From: an uncultured bacterium
Lineage (GTDB): Bacteria; Verrucomicrobiota; Verrucomicrobiia; Limisphaerales; UBA8199
DNA length: 64,000 bases
Reading direction: 5' to 3'
Assembly (NCBI GenBank): GCA_963749495.1
Contig: CAVVMW010000029.1
Coordinates: 75,357-139,356 of the forward strand
The notes below the pieces were generated by a model, which saw only the letters and a program-made list of their open reading frames with translations, did no database searches and was not told the origin of the DNA. Positions 50,597 to 59,781 of this stretch are shown piece by piece; the stretch's first letter is position 1; every line of letters starts with the position of its first letter. Made by a program: the position numbers and the translations under genes.

Positions 50597-50757
50597 CCCG
50601 CGGAAGATGTCCTAGCGTTCGTTGCCGCGGGCGGTGACGTGATAGCGCCCGCCCGTCCGTTCGATGCGCAACGCGCCTGCCATGGGCCAATGGAATCATC
50701 CCGGAATCCCGGCGTCAAGCGCCAATTGTCCAAATGACAAGACATGACCCCAATGGT
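50597..50757 (-). mobile_element. 5' end remnant of a second-type Y1/RAYT element
   Basis: MAGALRIERTGGRYHVTARGNER*DIFR. End motif CCATTGGGGTCATGTCTTGTCATTTGGACAAT on the minus strand. Confidence 0.75.
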
Positions 50758-50781
50758 TTTCGGGGCGAGTCACTCGACTGC

Positions 50782-51546
50782 TTAATCATTCGCTCGGTTG
50801 GTCCACATGCCGAGGGTGGATTTCTTGACGGTTTGGGCGTGGCCGTCGCAGAAGCTGGCGTTGAAGCCGTCGCTGTGGCGCTTGGCAATGTGGCCCGTGG
50901 TCGGGTTGTTCTTGTCCGGGCTGTCGCCCAGGAAGGCCGGACCGAAACCGGCATTGTACCAGGCATCAGTCTCCTCGAGCCGCCAGATTTCGAAGACGTT
51001 CGTGCTGCCGTCGCAGATGGCAATGGTTCCGACGGTGTCCTGGATCTCATTCATGGAGCGGCTGGGGTTGTTCCAGTTATTGATGAAGGGTCCATTGGCG
51101 TTCACCCAAAACGGTTTTCCGCTCGAGGCATAAGCGCCATCCTGGGCGTTGCAGAGGTAATCCTTGATCAACGGGTTGGGCGTGCCCGGCGGACGGAGGT
51201 CGGTCCATTCCGCGTGGGGCCAGGCGCTGGGGCAACTATAGACTGCCTCGCTATTGATGTACGGCCGGCACTCGTCCTGCCACCAGAACAGCTCCTGCTG
51301 GCCTGGCCAGGTATAGGCATAGCCGTAAGGGAGGTAATTCTTAAAGTCGCTCGCGTACATCGTTACGGCCAGGCCAATCTGCCTCATGTTCGAGAAACAA
51401 ACCGTCTGCTTGCCTTTGGCTTTGGCCCTGGCCAGCGCCGGCAACAGCATTCCGGCCAGGATGGCAATGATGGCGATCACGACCAGCAGCTCAATCAGGG
51501 TGAAGGCGAGACAGCGGCGTTCCCATTTCATGAGACGATCTTGCAC
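50782..51546 (-). CDS. Prepilin-type / DUF1559-like H-X9-DG protein
   Basis: [48 protein letters not shown]. Confidence 0.92.
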   Translation of the reverse strand: MQDRLMKWERRCLAFTLIELLVVIAIIAILAGMLLPALARAKAKGKQTVCFSNMRQIGLAVTMYASDFKNYLPYGYAYTWPGQQELFWWQDECRPYINSEAVYSCPSAWPHAEWTDLRPPGTPNPLIKDYLCNAQDGAYASSGKPFWVNANGPFINNWNNPSRSMNEIQDTVGTIAICDGSTNVFEIWRLEETDAWYNAGFGPAFLGDSPDKNNPTTGHIAKRHSDGFNASFCDGHAQTVKKSTLGMWTNRAND

Positions 51547-51678
51547 GTGCCGAAGTCAGGGGTCAAGCGGCAAGTGCCATTCAGTCTTCCCCCCCATCCT
51601 CTGGCGAATACTCCCCGAACGCGTGCCCAATCCAGCGTATCCGTGCAACCCAAACCCATTGGGGTCACAACCCAAACC

Positions 51679-52427
51679 CATTGGGGTCATCTCTTGTCAT
51701 TTGGACAATCGGTGCCGGATTGCGGTTATTTCTTCTCGCAGGCGGGGATCGGCTTTGAGGCGCCGGCCAAAGCGGGCGAGGGCTTTGCTTACTAGGGCGT
51801 AGTCCAAACCGCCAGTTGACTTGCCCAGCTCGGCTAAATGGAAACGCGTGGTTCGCCGCCCCAGCCACAGCGCCGCGTCGCGGCCCCAGTCGCCATGCCG
51901 CTCGGCGAAGCTGTTCCAGCTTTCGCCCTTGGCTCGCTCCAAGGCGGAGAGGATCGTCGGCCAGGCCGACGCCTCGGGCGCGCTCCGGAGCGATGCTTGC
52001 TCAGGCGGGTTGCCGCGGGCTTCGCCCCTGAATAGCTGCGCGAAAGCCTCGCTCCCCAGCGGCAGGCCGCCCACCACGCGCGCCCAAGCTGGCTCGACGC
52101 CGCCCTGGAGCAGCGCCCCTTCAGTGTTAGTTCCGAATCGCCGCGCACCGCTCCTGGGGACTGTTGCCGCCACATAACCGGGCCTGCGGCTGGCGCCAGA
52201 CCCACGCCAGCGGCGGGCGGTAGCCGGCGTAACCGGGATACGACAAAATGGAAATGGTCTGCGTCATCACGGAAGATGTCCTGGCGTTCACTGCCGCGGG
52301 CGGTGACGTGATACCGCCCGCCCGTCCGTTCGATGCGCAACGGGCGTGCCATGGGCCAATGGAATCATCCCGGAATCCCGGCGTCAAGTGCCAATTGTCC
52401 AAATGACAAGACATGACCCCAATGGTT
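51679..52427 (-). mobile_element. Internally deleted Y1/RAYT-like element with DnaA-C-like HTH and ~32-bp terminal IRs
   Basis: MARPLRIERTGGRYHVTARG..., SYPGYAG, RDAALWLGRR...LAELG...GGLDY. HUH and Tyr are absent. Confidence 0.82.
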
Positions 52428-52480
52428 TTACCCAATGGTTTTTCTTGCGCGCAAACGCTCTACGCTGCTATACAGCCCCC

Positions 52481-52732
52481 ATGGCATTGGATGCGGCAGT
52501 CCCGGTGCGGTTCTCCGCCGACGCGACGCGGCGCCTCAACGCGATCAGCCAGCGCAGCGGCATGCCCGTCGCGCAACTGATCCGTATGGCTACCGAGACG
52601 TGGCTGGCCGAGGCTGAACGAAAAGGCGAGATCACCGTTCCCCTCCGCTCCGCTACATACGAGCAGCCCAAATCCCGCGTCGCCTCCGCCCTCGGCGCCG
52701 CGATGAACCGCAAGAAGAAACCCCAATCATGA
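52481..52732 (+). CDS. Ribbon-helix-helix (CopG-like) protein, copy A
   Basis: VPVRFSADATRRLNAISQRSGMPVAQLIRMATE fits a beta-helix-helix pattern. TATACA lies 6 nt before the ATG. Confidence 0.7.
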   Translation: MALDAAVPVRFSADATRRLNAISQRSGMPVAQLIRMATETWLAEAERKGEITVPLRSATYEQPKSRVASALGAAMNRKKKPQS

Positions 52733-53091
52733 AGCCCCTTGGTTCCCTTCGTTTCCTTCTGTTCATTTCGGTCCTCTCGGGCTGTGGCTCGCATGAGCCC
52801 GAGCAAGAGAGCGCCTCCCAGCGCCTGGCCCGCTGGCGACACGAGGCCCGCGCCGCCGCTCCAGCCGCCATCAGCAACGAGGTCATCGGCATCACACGCG
52901 TGCTCAACGTCACCATCGATGACGACGCACCCTCTCCCGCCCGCTGGACCGGCCGGGCCAAGGCCGAATATGTCAACCGCCTCGGCGGGATCAGCCGGAC
53001 CAACATCAGCCTCCTCTTTTTCGTCGGCATGGCCAGCGTGGATAACCGCAGCCACGCCGGCGCCAGCGCCACGGCCGCCGGAATGTATTAA
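52729..53091 (+). CDS. Putative lipoprotein, copy A
   Basis: ATGA overlap with the RHH gene; lipobox LSGC. Confidence 0.55.
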   Translation: MKPLGSLRFLLFISVLSGCGSHEPEQESASQRLARWRHEARAAAPAAISNEVIGITRVLNVTIDDDAPSPARWTGRAKAEYVNRLGGISRTNISLLFFVGMASVDNRSHAGASATAAGMY

Positions 53092-53158
53092 CCGCAAAGA
53101 ACGCAAAGAACGCAAAGAAGGAATTCCCTCCCTGCGCTCTTTGCGTTCTTTGCGGCTC

Positions 53159-53188
53159 AAAAAAAGGCCCGGCGCAAGCCGGGCCTTT
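53159..53188. terminator. GC hairpin with A/T tails; copy B at 58482-58511
   Basis: AAAAAAAGGCCCGGC-GCAA-GCCGGGCCTTT. Confidence 0.65.
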
Positions 53189-53620
53189 CGCATGGCTATG
53201 AACGGGGTCAGTTCTCCATCTTGCCATATCGCTTCAGTCTTCCGGCGTGTTTTAGATCCCCAGTTCCGGTTGAGGAGGGTTAGGTGCCGTCTGACGCAGC
53301 AGGTTCGACAAGTATTTCCAACTGCTGATCCCAAGCTGCTCAAACCCATTGGGGTCATGACTTGTCATTTGGACAATCGGTCCAAGATTGCGGCTATTTC
53401 TTCTCGCAGGCGGGGATCGGCTTCGAGGCGCCGGCCAAAGCGGGCGAGGGCTTTGGTCACTACGGCGTAGTCCAAACCGCCAGCTAACTTGCCCAGCTCG
53501 GCTAAGGGGAAGCGGGCGGTTCGCCGCCCCAGCCACAGCGCCGCGTCGCGGCCCCAGTCGCCATGCCGGTCGGCGAAACTCCTCCAGCTTTCGCCCTTGA
53601 AAGGGGGCAAGCCTTTACAA

Positions 53621-53792
53621 TGATTCCGCTGAAAAACCCCCTGTTTTTGAAGATGAGTAAAGATACATAAAAAGTGTCGAGCATTCTTACGCGCTAATTT
53701 GGTCTGTACGCGATTTGAATGATGAGGGGATACATCGGAGATGGTCTTTTTCACTGTCTCTTTTTGATCAGAGGGGTTTTTCAGCGGAATCA
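53621..53792. mobile_element. 172-bp AT-rich MITE
   Basis: Perfect 20-bp TIR TGATTCCGCTGAAAAACCCC / GGGGTTTTTCAGCGGAATCA. Confidence 0.8.
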
Positions 53793-54435
53793 GTTTGGTG
53801 CGTTTTCGTTAATTAGTTTCCATCGGCTCAGATGCCCAGGGCGCTTGCGATGCATCGTTCGCCGCCGCGCAGTTTGCGAGGCATGGTGTCCTTATGCCTG
53901 CTTCAGGTGGCCCTGGCAACCAAAAAACAACCCAAACTATGGGTTGACGCCTTTCCTGCTGGCGCCTCGGCAGCCGTGCCGGCCAAAGCCGCCAAGGCCC
54001 TGGAATACCTGAAACAGCAAGTCCCAGTGGGCGCTGACGAGCGTCTATTGCTCTCCATCAGGATCGTTGGCCCTACCGGAAATCACCCACGGATTCTTTT
54101 AGAGAACCGAAATCGGTTCCCGCCTCTCCTCGTCAGGCGGAGAGGGGCTGGGGCGGCTATCGAGGGCAGTTCACCCCCGCTGCGGCCCGGCGGACGCCGT
54201 CCACACACGCCTCAGCATCCTCGGTCAACTCGTGCTCCCAAATCCGGTGTGGCCCGCATTATTGACATGCACGAAGAACAGCCTTACCCTCAATGCAGTG
54301 AAACACCGCGAACAGGACTTCGACTTATCCAGCCGCCTCCGGCCAAGCTGTGCCCGTGCGTTATCCCAGAGTCACGGGGCCGGCGCGCCTGGCCCAGCCC
54401 GTTCGACGTACCGCAAGTAGCCAGGAACGCCACCT

Positions 54436-54931
54436 ATGGACGCATACGAACAAATTCAAGCGCTGATGGCTAAGAAATACGGGAAAGGAACAACGACCAG
54501 AAAAGCAACAGGCGATTTCATGCTATCAGACAATCATGCTGTGAATGTCAAGAGCAATAACGTGGACAAGGAGAACTACTCTCGAAACATGATTTCCATA
54601 AAGAAGATGCATGAATGGGTATTCGAGGAGCGCAAGGAACTTAGCTTTCTCTTTGTAGATTACAGCGAACGCGGCGATGAACTGACAATATTGAAGGAGA
54701 CCGCGCCAATCCCTATCGAGCACATCAGTTGGGACTGCCTCACAATAGAGGCTCAGGGATACGGTGTGATTCAAATGAGCAGCCCTCTAAAGATTGTCCA
54801 CAATCAGACCAAACGGGATTTCTACAGAGGCTTTCTAGCAGCGTACAGACAAATACAGACAGAAGGAGCTCAAGAAACATGAAAAGTTTTCCAAGAGATT
54901 TATAAAAGACTTGGATACTATAAATTGGTGA
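54436..54931 (+). CDS. Putative small type II restriction endonuclease; frameshift near 54847
   Basis: Low GC. TGDF...VNVKS is a PD-(D/E)XK-like motif. Adjacent to the MTase. The alternate frame continues DKYRQKELKKHEKFSKRFIKDLDTINW*. Confidence 0.55.
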
Positions 54932-54952
54932 CGATTCACGACTCGAATGCCT

Positions 54953-56512
54953 ATGAGCAATAAGAAGGAATTCGGAGACTTCCAGACTCCAGAAAGCTTG
55001 GCAACCAGATCCGTCGCACTGGTTGCTGAGATTTTCGGCACGCCAGATGTCGTCATCGAGCCCACTGCCGGGCTAGGGGTGTTCCTCAAAGCATCCGCCA
55101 CGCGGTGGGGGCGCAAACCGGAGTACCAAGGTTACGAGATCAATGCGGAATACGTTGACGCCGCTCGCAAGCACCTGAGTCAATTCGGTGTCCAGATTCT
55201 CCACCGAGACTTCTTTACCGAGGACTGGAAATGCAACCTCGCCCGACCAGGGAAAAAGCGGATTCTCGTCATCGGCAATCCACCGTGGGTGACGAATTCA
55301 GACTTGGGGCAACTTGGAAGTAGCAATCTCCCCACGAAGACAAACTTCCAAGGGCTGCGCGGCTTCGACGCCCGCACGGGAAAATCGAACTTCGACATCT
55401 CCGAGTGGATGCTGGTGCGACTGATTGAAGCCCTTCCACCCGACGGCGCTATCGCCATGCTGTGCAAGACCATGACCGCGAGAAAGGTCCTGCGGCATTT
55501 CTGGAAGACGTACGGAGGGCTACAAGGTTCAAGTTTGTTTCTCATTAACGCCAAGGCAGAATTCGATGTAGCAGTCGATGCTTGCCTTTTCTTCGCGTCC
55601 GGAAAGCGCACAACTGAACGGGTCGCGACAGTTTACACTGATCTCGACACTGCCTCTGCGTCTACGCGCTTCGGATTGGTTGACGGCACCTTGGTTGCTA
55701 ACCTTGATGCCTACCGAGCACACAAGAGTTTGGATGGGGGCTCGTCGACACATACATGGCGGTCGGGCGTTAAGCATGACGCCGGCAGCGTCATGGAATT
55801 CACTCGCGATGGCAGTAAACTAATCAACGGACTCGGCGAGCTGGTGAACATTGAGAAGGACTACGTGTTTCCACTCTTGAAGTCCTCCGATCTCGGTAAC
55901 GGGCGGACTGCCATTCGCAAAGCTGTGTTGGTTACACAGAGACACACCGGCGACGACACTTCGGAGATCCAACAGAGGGCCCCGAAAACGTGGCGGTATT
56001 TAACGCGCCATGCAGATGCCTTGGACGACAGGAAGAGCTCCATATACGAAAATCGTCCCAGATTCTCGGTTTTCGGAATCGGCCCATACTCGTTTGCACC
56101 CTGGAAGATCGCCATTTCAGGCCTGTACAAGAATATTTCCTTCGTAGTAGTTCCGCCATGCGAAGACCGCCCGGTCATGGTAGATGACACCTGCTATTTT
56201 ATTCCATGTCAGTCTCAGGAAGAAGCCGAGCTTCTCTTTGAAATGTTGGCTTCGGCTGAAGCCAAAGAGTTCTTGAACTCTCTCGTTTTCCCCGATTCAA
56301 AGCGTCCAATTACCGCCGATGTACTCAGGAGACTCTCCTTTGTCGAGCTAGCTCGAGAGCTAGGGAAGCTCGATGAACTACAGCAGTTGGTTCACTCCGA
56401 TTCGGCGACCGAAGGGAGGACGACCCAGATGTCGCTTTTAATGGAGTCGACACACAAATATCGAACAGGGCCGTGCCGCCAACGTGCTCCCGGGCGTGCC
56501 TTACCGTGTTAG
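54953..56512 (+). CDS. N6-adenine DNA methyltransferase (gamma class, M.NspV-like)
   Basis: FGDFQTP, IEPTAGLG, GYEIN, IGNPPW, GKSNFDISEW, WRSGVKHD, KIAISGLY, DDTCYF. Confidence 0.9.
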   Translation: MSNKKEFGDFQTPESLATRSVALVAEIFGTPDVVIEPTAGLGVFLKASATRWGRKPEYQGYEINAEYVDAARKHLSQFGVQILHRDFFTEDWKCNLARPGKKRILVIGNPPWVTNSDLGQLGSSNLPTKTNFQGLRGFDARTGKSNFDISEWMLVRLIEALPPDGAIAMLCKTMTARKVLRHFWKTYGGLQGSSLFLINAKAEFDVAVDACLFFASGKRTTERVATVYTDLDTASASTRFGLVDGTLVANLDAYRAHKSLDGGSSTHTWRSGVKHDAGSVMEFTRDGSKLINGLGELVNIEKDYVFPLLKSSDLGNGRTAIRKAVLVTQRHTGDDTSEIQQRAPKTWRYLTRHADALDDRKSSIYENRPRFSVFGIGPYSFAPWKIAISGLYKNISFVVVPPCEDRPVMVDDTCYFIPCQSQEEAELLFEMLASAEAKEFLNSLVFPDSKRPITADVLRRLSFVELARELGKLDELQQLVHSDSATEGRTTQMSLLMESTHKYRTGPCRQRAPGRALPC

Positions 56513-56699
56513 CTCTAAATGCTGTTCCGTTTCACGCTTTTCTGGGAGGAGAGTATCTTCAGAGGTCTGAGCAAACCGCCACCTTTTCGCGGTTTTTAAG
56601 AAAATTGGTAACTATTTCGACAATGTTAGATTTCATGCGTAACCGCTTGCCAATACGTCAGTTGCGAACGAGGTTGAGGGTGTGAGACAAAGCGAGGGA

Positions 56700-56996
56700 A
56701 AGCCCGTCCTTTTGACCCGGACCGCTGGGGCATTCCCAACGCAGCGGTCAGATCGTTGGGTGCGAATTTGCGGCGATTCTTCAGGCATTTCCGTTCCTGT
56801 TTTGAGACCCGCACGCGCGACACCAGTGCCTATGCGTTGCGTTACTGGCGGGGACAATTGACCACCGAAGATCAACGCAACTTTGCCAACATTGAGCGGC
56901 GCCTCGAACCCGGGCAGGACGGTCAGCAGTTGCAGCAGTTTATGAGCGACTCGCCTTGGTCGGCCAGGTTGGTCTATGAACGCATCCAGGACGACA
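56700..56996 (+). pseudogene. IS701-family transposase N-terminal remnant, cut by repeat copy B
   Basis: F.SCF.TRT...YWRGQL...RNFANI...QQLQQFMSDSPWS. Confidence 0.7.
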
Positions 56997-57803
56997 AACC
57001 CACATTGGGTCATGTCTTGTCATTTGGACAATCGGTCCTGGATTGCGGCTATTTCTTCTCGCAGGCGGGGATCGGCTTCGAGGCGCCGGCCAAAGCGGGC
57101 GAGGGCTTTGCGCACTACGGCGTAGTCCAAACCGCCAGTTGACTTGCCCAGCTCGGCTAAATGGAAACGCGTGGTTCGCCGCCCCAGCCACAGCGCCGCG
57201 TTGCGGCCCCAGTCGCCATGCCGCTCGGCGAAGCTGTTCCAGCTTTCGCCCTTGGCTCGCTCCAAGGCGGAGAGGATCGTCGGCCAGGCCGGCGCCTCGG
57301 GCGCGCTCCGGAGCGATGCTTGCTCAGGCGGGTTGCCGCGGGCTTCGCCCCTGAATAGCTGCGCGAAAGCCTCGCTCCCCAGCGGCAGGCCGCCCACCAC
57401 GCGCGCCCAAGCTGGCTCGACGCCGCCCTGGAGCAGCGCCCCTTCAGTGTTAGTTCCGAATCGCCGCGCACCGCTCCTGGGGACTGTTGCCGCCACATAA
57501 CCGGGCCTGCGGCTGGCGCCAGACCCACGCCAGCGGCGGGCGGTAGCCGGCGTAGCCGGGATACGAAAAGATGGAAATGGTCTGCGTCATCACGGAAGAT
57601 GTCCTGGCGTTCACTGCCGCGGGCGGTGACGTGATACCGCCCGCCCGTCCGTTCGATGCGCAACGGGCGTGCCATGGGCCAATGGAATCATCCCGGAATC
57701 CCGGCGTCAAGTGCCAATTGTCCAAATGACAAGACATGACCCCAATGGTTTTTGCCAATGGTTTTTCTTGCGCGCAAACGCTCTACGCTGCTATACAGCC
57801 CCC

Positions 57804-58055
57804 ATGGCATTGGATGCGGCAGTCCCGGTGCGGTTCTCCGCCGACGCGACGCGGCGCCTCAACGCGATCAGCCAGCGCAGCGGCATGCCCGTCGCGCAAC
57901 TGATCCGTATGGCTACCGAGACGTGGCTGGCCGAGGCTGAACGAAAAGGCGAGATCACCGTTCCCCTCCGCTCCGCTACATACGAGCAGCCCAAATCCCG
58001 CGTCGCCTCCGCCCTCGGCGCCGCGATGAACCGCAAGAAGAAACCCCAATCATGA
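57804..58055 (+). CDS. RHH (CopG-like) protein, copy B
   Basis: Same protein as 52481..52732. Confidence 0.7.
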   Translation: MALDAAVPVRFSADATRRLNAISQRSGMPVAQLIRMATETWLAEAERKGEITVPLRSATYEQPKSRVASALGAAMNRKKKPQS

Positions 58056-58414
58056 AGCCCCTTGGTTCCCTTCGTTTCCTTCTGTTCATTTCGGTCCTCT
58101 CGGGCTGTGGCTCGCATGAGCCCGAGCAAGAGAGCGCCTCCCAGCGCCTGGCCCGCTGGCGACACGAGGCCCGCGCCGCCGCTCCAGCCGCCATCAGCAA
58201 CGAGGTCATCGGCATCACACGCGTGCTCAACGTCACCATCGATGACGACGCACCCTCTCCCGCCCGCTGGACCGGCCGGGCCAAGGCCGAATATGTCAAC
58301 CCCCTCGGCGGGATCAGCCGCACCAACATCAGCCTCCTCTTTTTCGTCGGCATGGCCGGCGTGGATAACCGCAGCCACGCCGGCGCCAGCGCCACGGCGG
58401 CCGGAATGTATTAA
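58052..58414 (+). CDS. Putative lipoprotein, copy B
   Basis: Two amino-acid differences from copy A. Confidence 0.55.
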   Translation: MKPLGSLRFLLFISVLSGCGSHEPEQESASQRLARWRHEARAAAPAAISNEVIGITRVLNVTIDDDAPSPARWTGRAKAEYVNPLGGISRTNISLLFFVGMAGVDNRSHAGASATAAGMY

Positions 58415-58925
58415 CCGCAAAGAACGCAAAGAGCGCAAAGAAGGAATTCCCTCCCTGCGCTCTTTGCGTTCTTTGCGGCTCAAAAAAAGGCCCGGCGCAA
58501 GCCGGGCCTTTCGCATGACTATGAACGGGGTCAGTTCTCCATCTTGCCATATCGCTTCAGTCTTCCGGCGTGTTTTAGATCCCCAGTTCCGGTTGAGCAG
58601 GGTTAGGTGCCGTCTGACGCAGCAGGTTCGACAAGTATTTCCAACTGCTGATCCCAAGCTGCTCAAACCCATTGGGGTCATGACTTGTCATTTGGACAAT
58701 CGGTCCAAGATTGCGGCTATTTCTTCTCGCAGGCGGGGATCGGCTTCGAGGCGCCGGCCAAAGCGGGCGAGGGCTTTGGTCACTACGGCGTAGTCCAAAC
58801 CGCCAGCTAACTTGCCCGGCTCGGCTAAATGGAAACGGGCGGTTCGCCGCCCCAGCCACAGCGCCGCGTCGCGGCCCCAGTCGCCATGCCGGTCGGCGAA
58901 ACTCCTCCAGCTTTCGCCCTTGAAA

Positions 58926-59091
58926 GGGGGCAAGCCTTTACAATGTGCATTTGTTCTTCACACAACCCTGGCACTTTGCCACCCTCGCGCTATGCCGCGC
59001 CAACTGCGCATCCAGTACCCGGGCGCCACAGTGCCCGCCCGACGCAACCTGCCGATATGAAGGAATACGCACTTTGTAGAGGCTTGACCCC
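58926..59091 (+). mobile_element. 166-bp RAYT-derived mini element
   Basis: IRs GGGGGCAAGCCTTTACAATGTGC and GCACTTTGTAGAGGCTTGACCCC. Encodes MPRQLRIQYPGA. Confidence 0.75.
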
Positions 59092-59348
59092 TTGCTTTTG
59101 CTGTTCCAGGCTCGCCCAAGATAACAGGATGGACCGGCTGGTCAACGGCCCAGGCAAAACGGTTTGTGGCAAAGGGCAGGAAGGAGGCAAAATCATTGGA
59201 TTTGACGGGCCGAGCAAAAAAGTCTTGTCATTCCCCACATCGTTTCGCCGCTCATCTCAGTTCCGCTTCCGCGCGCGTGGCAGCACCCATGCAGCCTAGC
59301 GCCAACGGCGCGGTGTTATACGAGCCTGGGGCAACGCCCTTGCTCGCG

Positions 59349-59543
59349 CGCGTCGCGGAGCGACGCAGTGAAGGCAGCCGTGGACCTCGGTCCACGGTTT
59401 GCGGCGTGGGAACGGTCCCGCGTCGCGTAGCGACGCCTGACGGCCACGCGGTTTTCAGGCGTCGCTACGCGACGCGGTCGAGGTTGGGCGATGGGTCCGT
59501 GGACTGGAAGTCCACGGCTACCTTCGGGCACCGCTACGCGGTG
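59349..59543. repeat. Composite palindromic REP/REPIN-like element, same family as 20736
   Basis: Same arms and order. Confidence 0.8.
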
Positions 59544-59603
59544 GACCTGGGCCGTTGGCCCAGGCTGGTATGGGCCGCGCCGTTGGCGCTCCAGGCGTTG
59601 GCG

Positions 59604-59781
59604 CTACTTCGCTTGGACCAGCCGGCGTGCCGCGTCCCCGATGCGCGCGGCGATGGAGGGCAGTGCGGATTCGAGGGCGGGGGTCATTTGCGTGGCGAGG
59701 GTGAACGGGTCGGCGACTTCAACGGCGAAGATGCGGACGTGGGCGGGCATGTCGAGGCCCAGCGCCCGGCCCAGGGCCAAG
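59604..59781 (-). pseudogene. C-terminal remnant of a hydrogenase maturation protease
   Basis: LALGRALGLDMPAHVRIFAVEVADPFTLATQMTPALE abuts the hoxH stop; no N-terminal half. Confidence 0.65.

Larger units (their letters stand above)
51674..53622 (+). repeat. 1.95-kb direct repeat, copy A
   Basis: Collinear with 56997-58945 (offset 5323), with scattered SNPs. Confidence 0.92.
56997..58945 (+). repeat. 1.95-kb direct repeat, copy B (deleted RAYT + RHH + lipoprotein + RAYT 3' end)
   Basis: Matches 51674-53622. Confidence 0.92.

Noticed and set aside
3602..51546. The two prepilin genes as diversity-generating retroelement targets
   Set aside because: No RT and no TR/VR pair with adenine-specific differences was seen. 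They are ordinary divergent paralogues.
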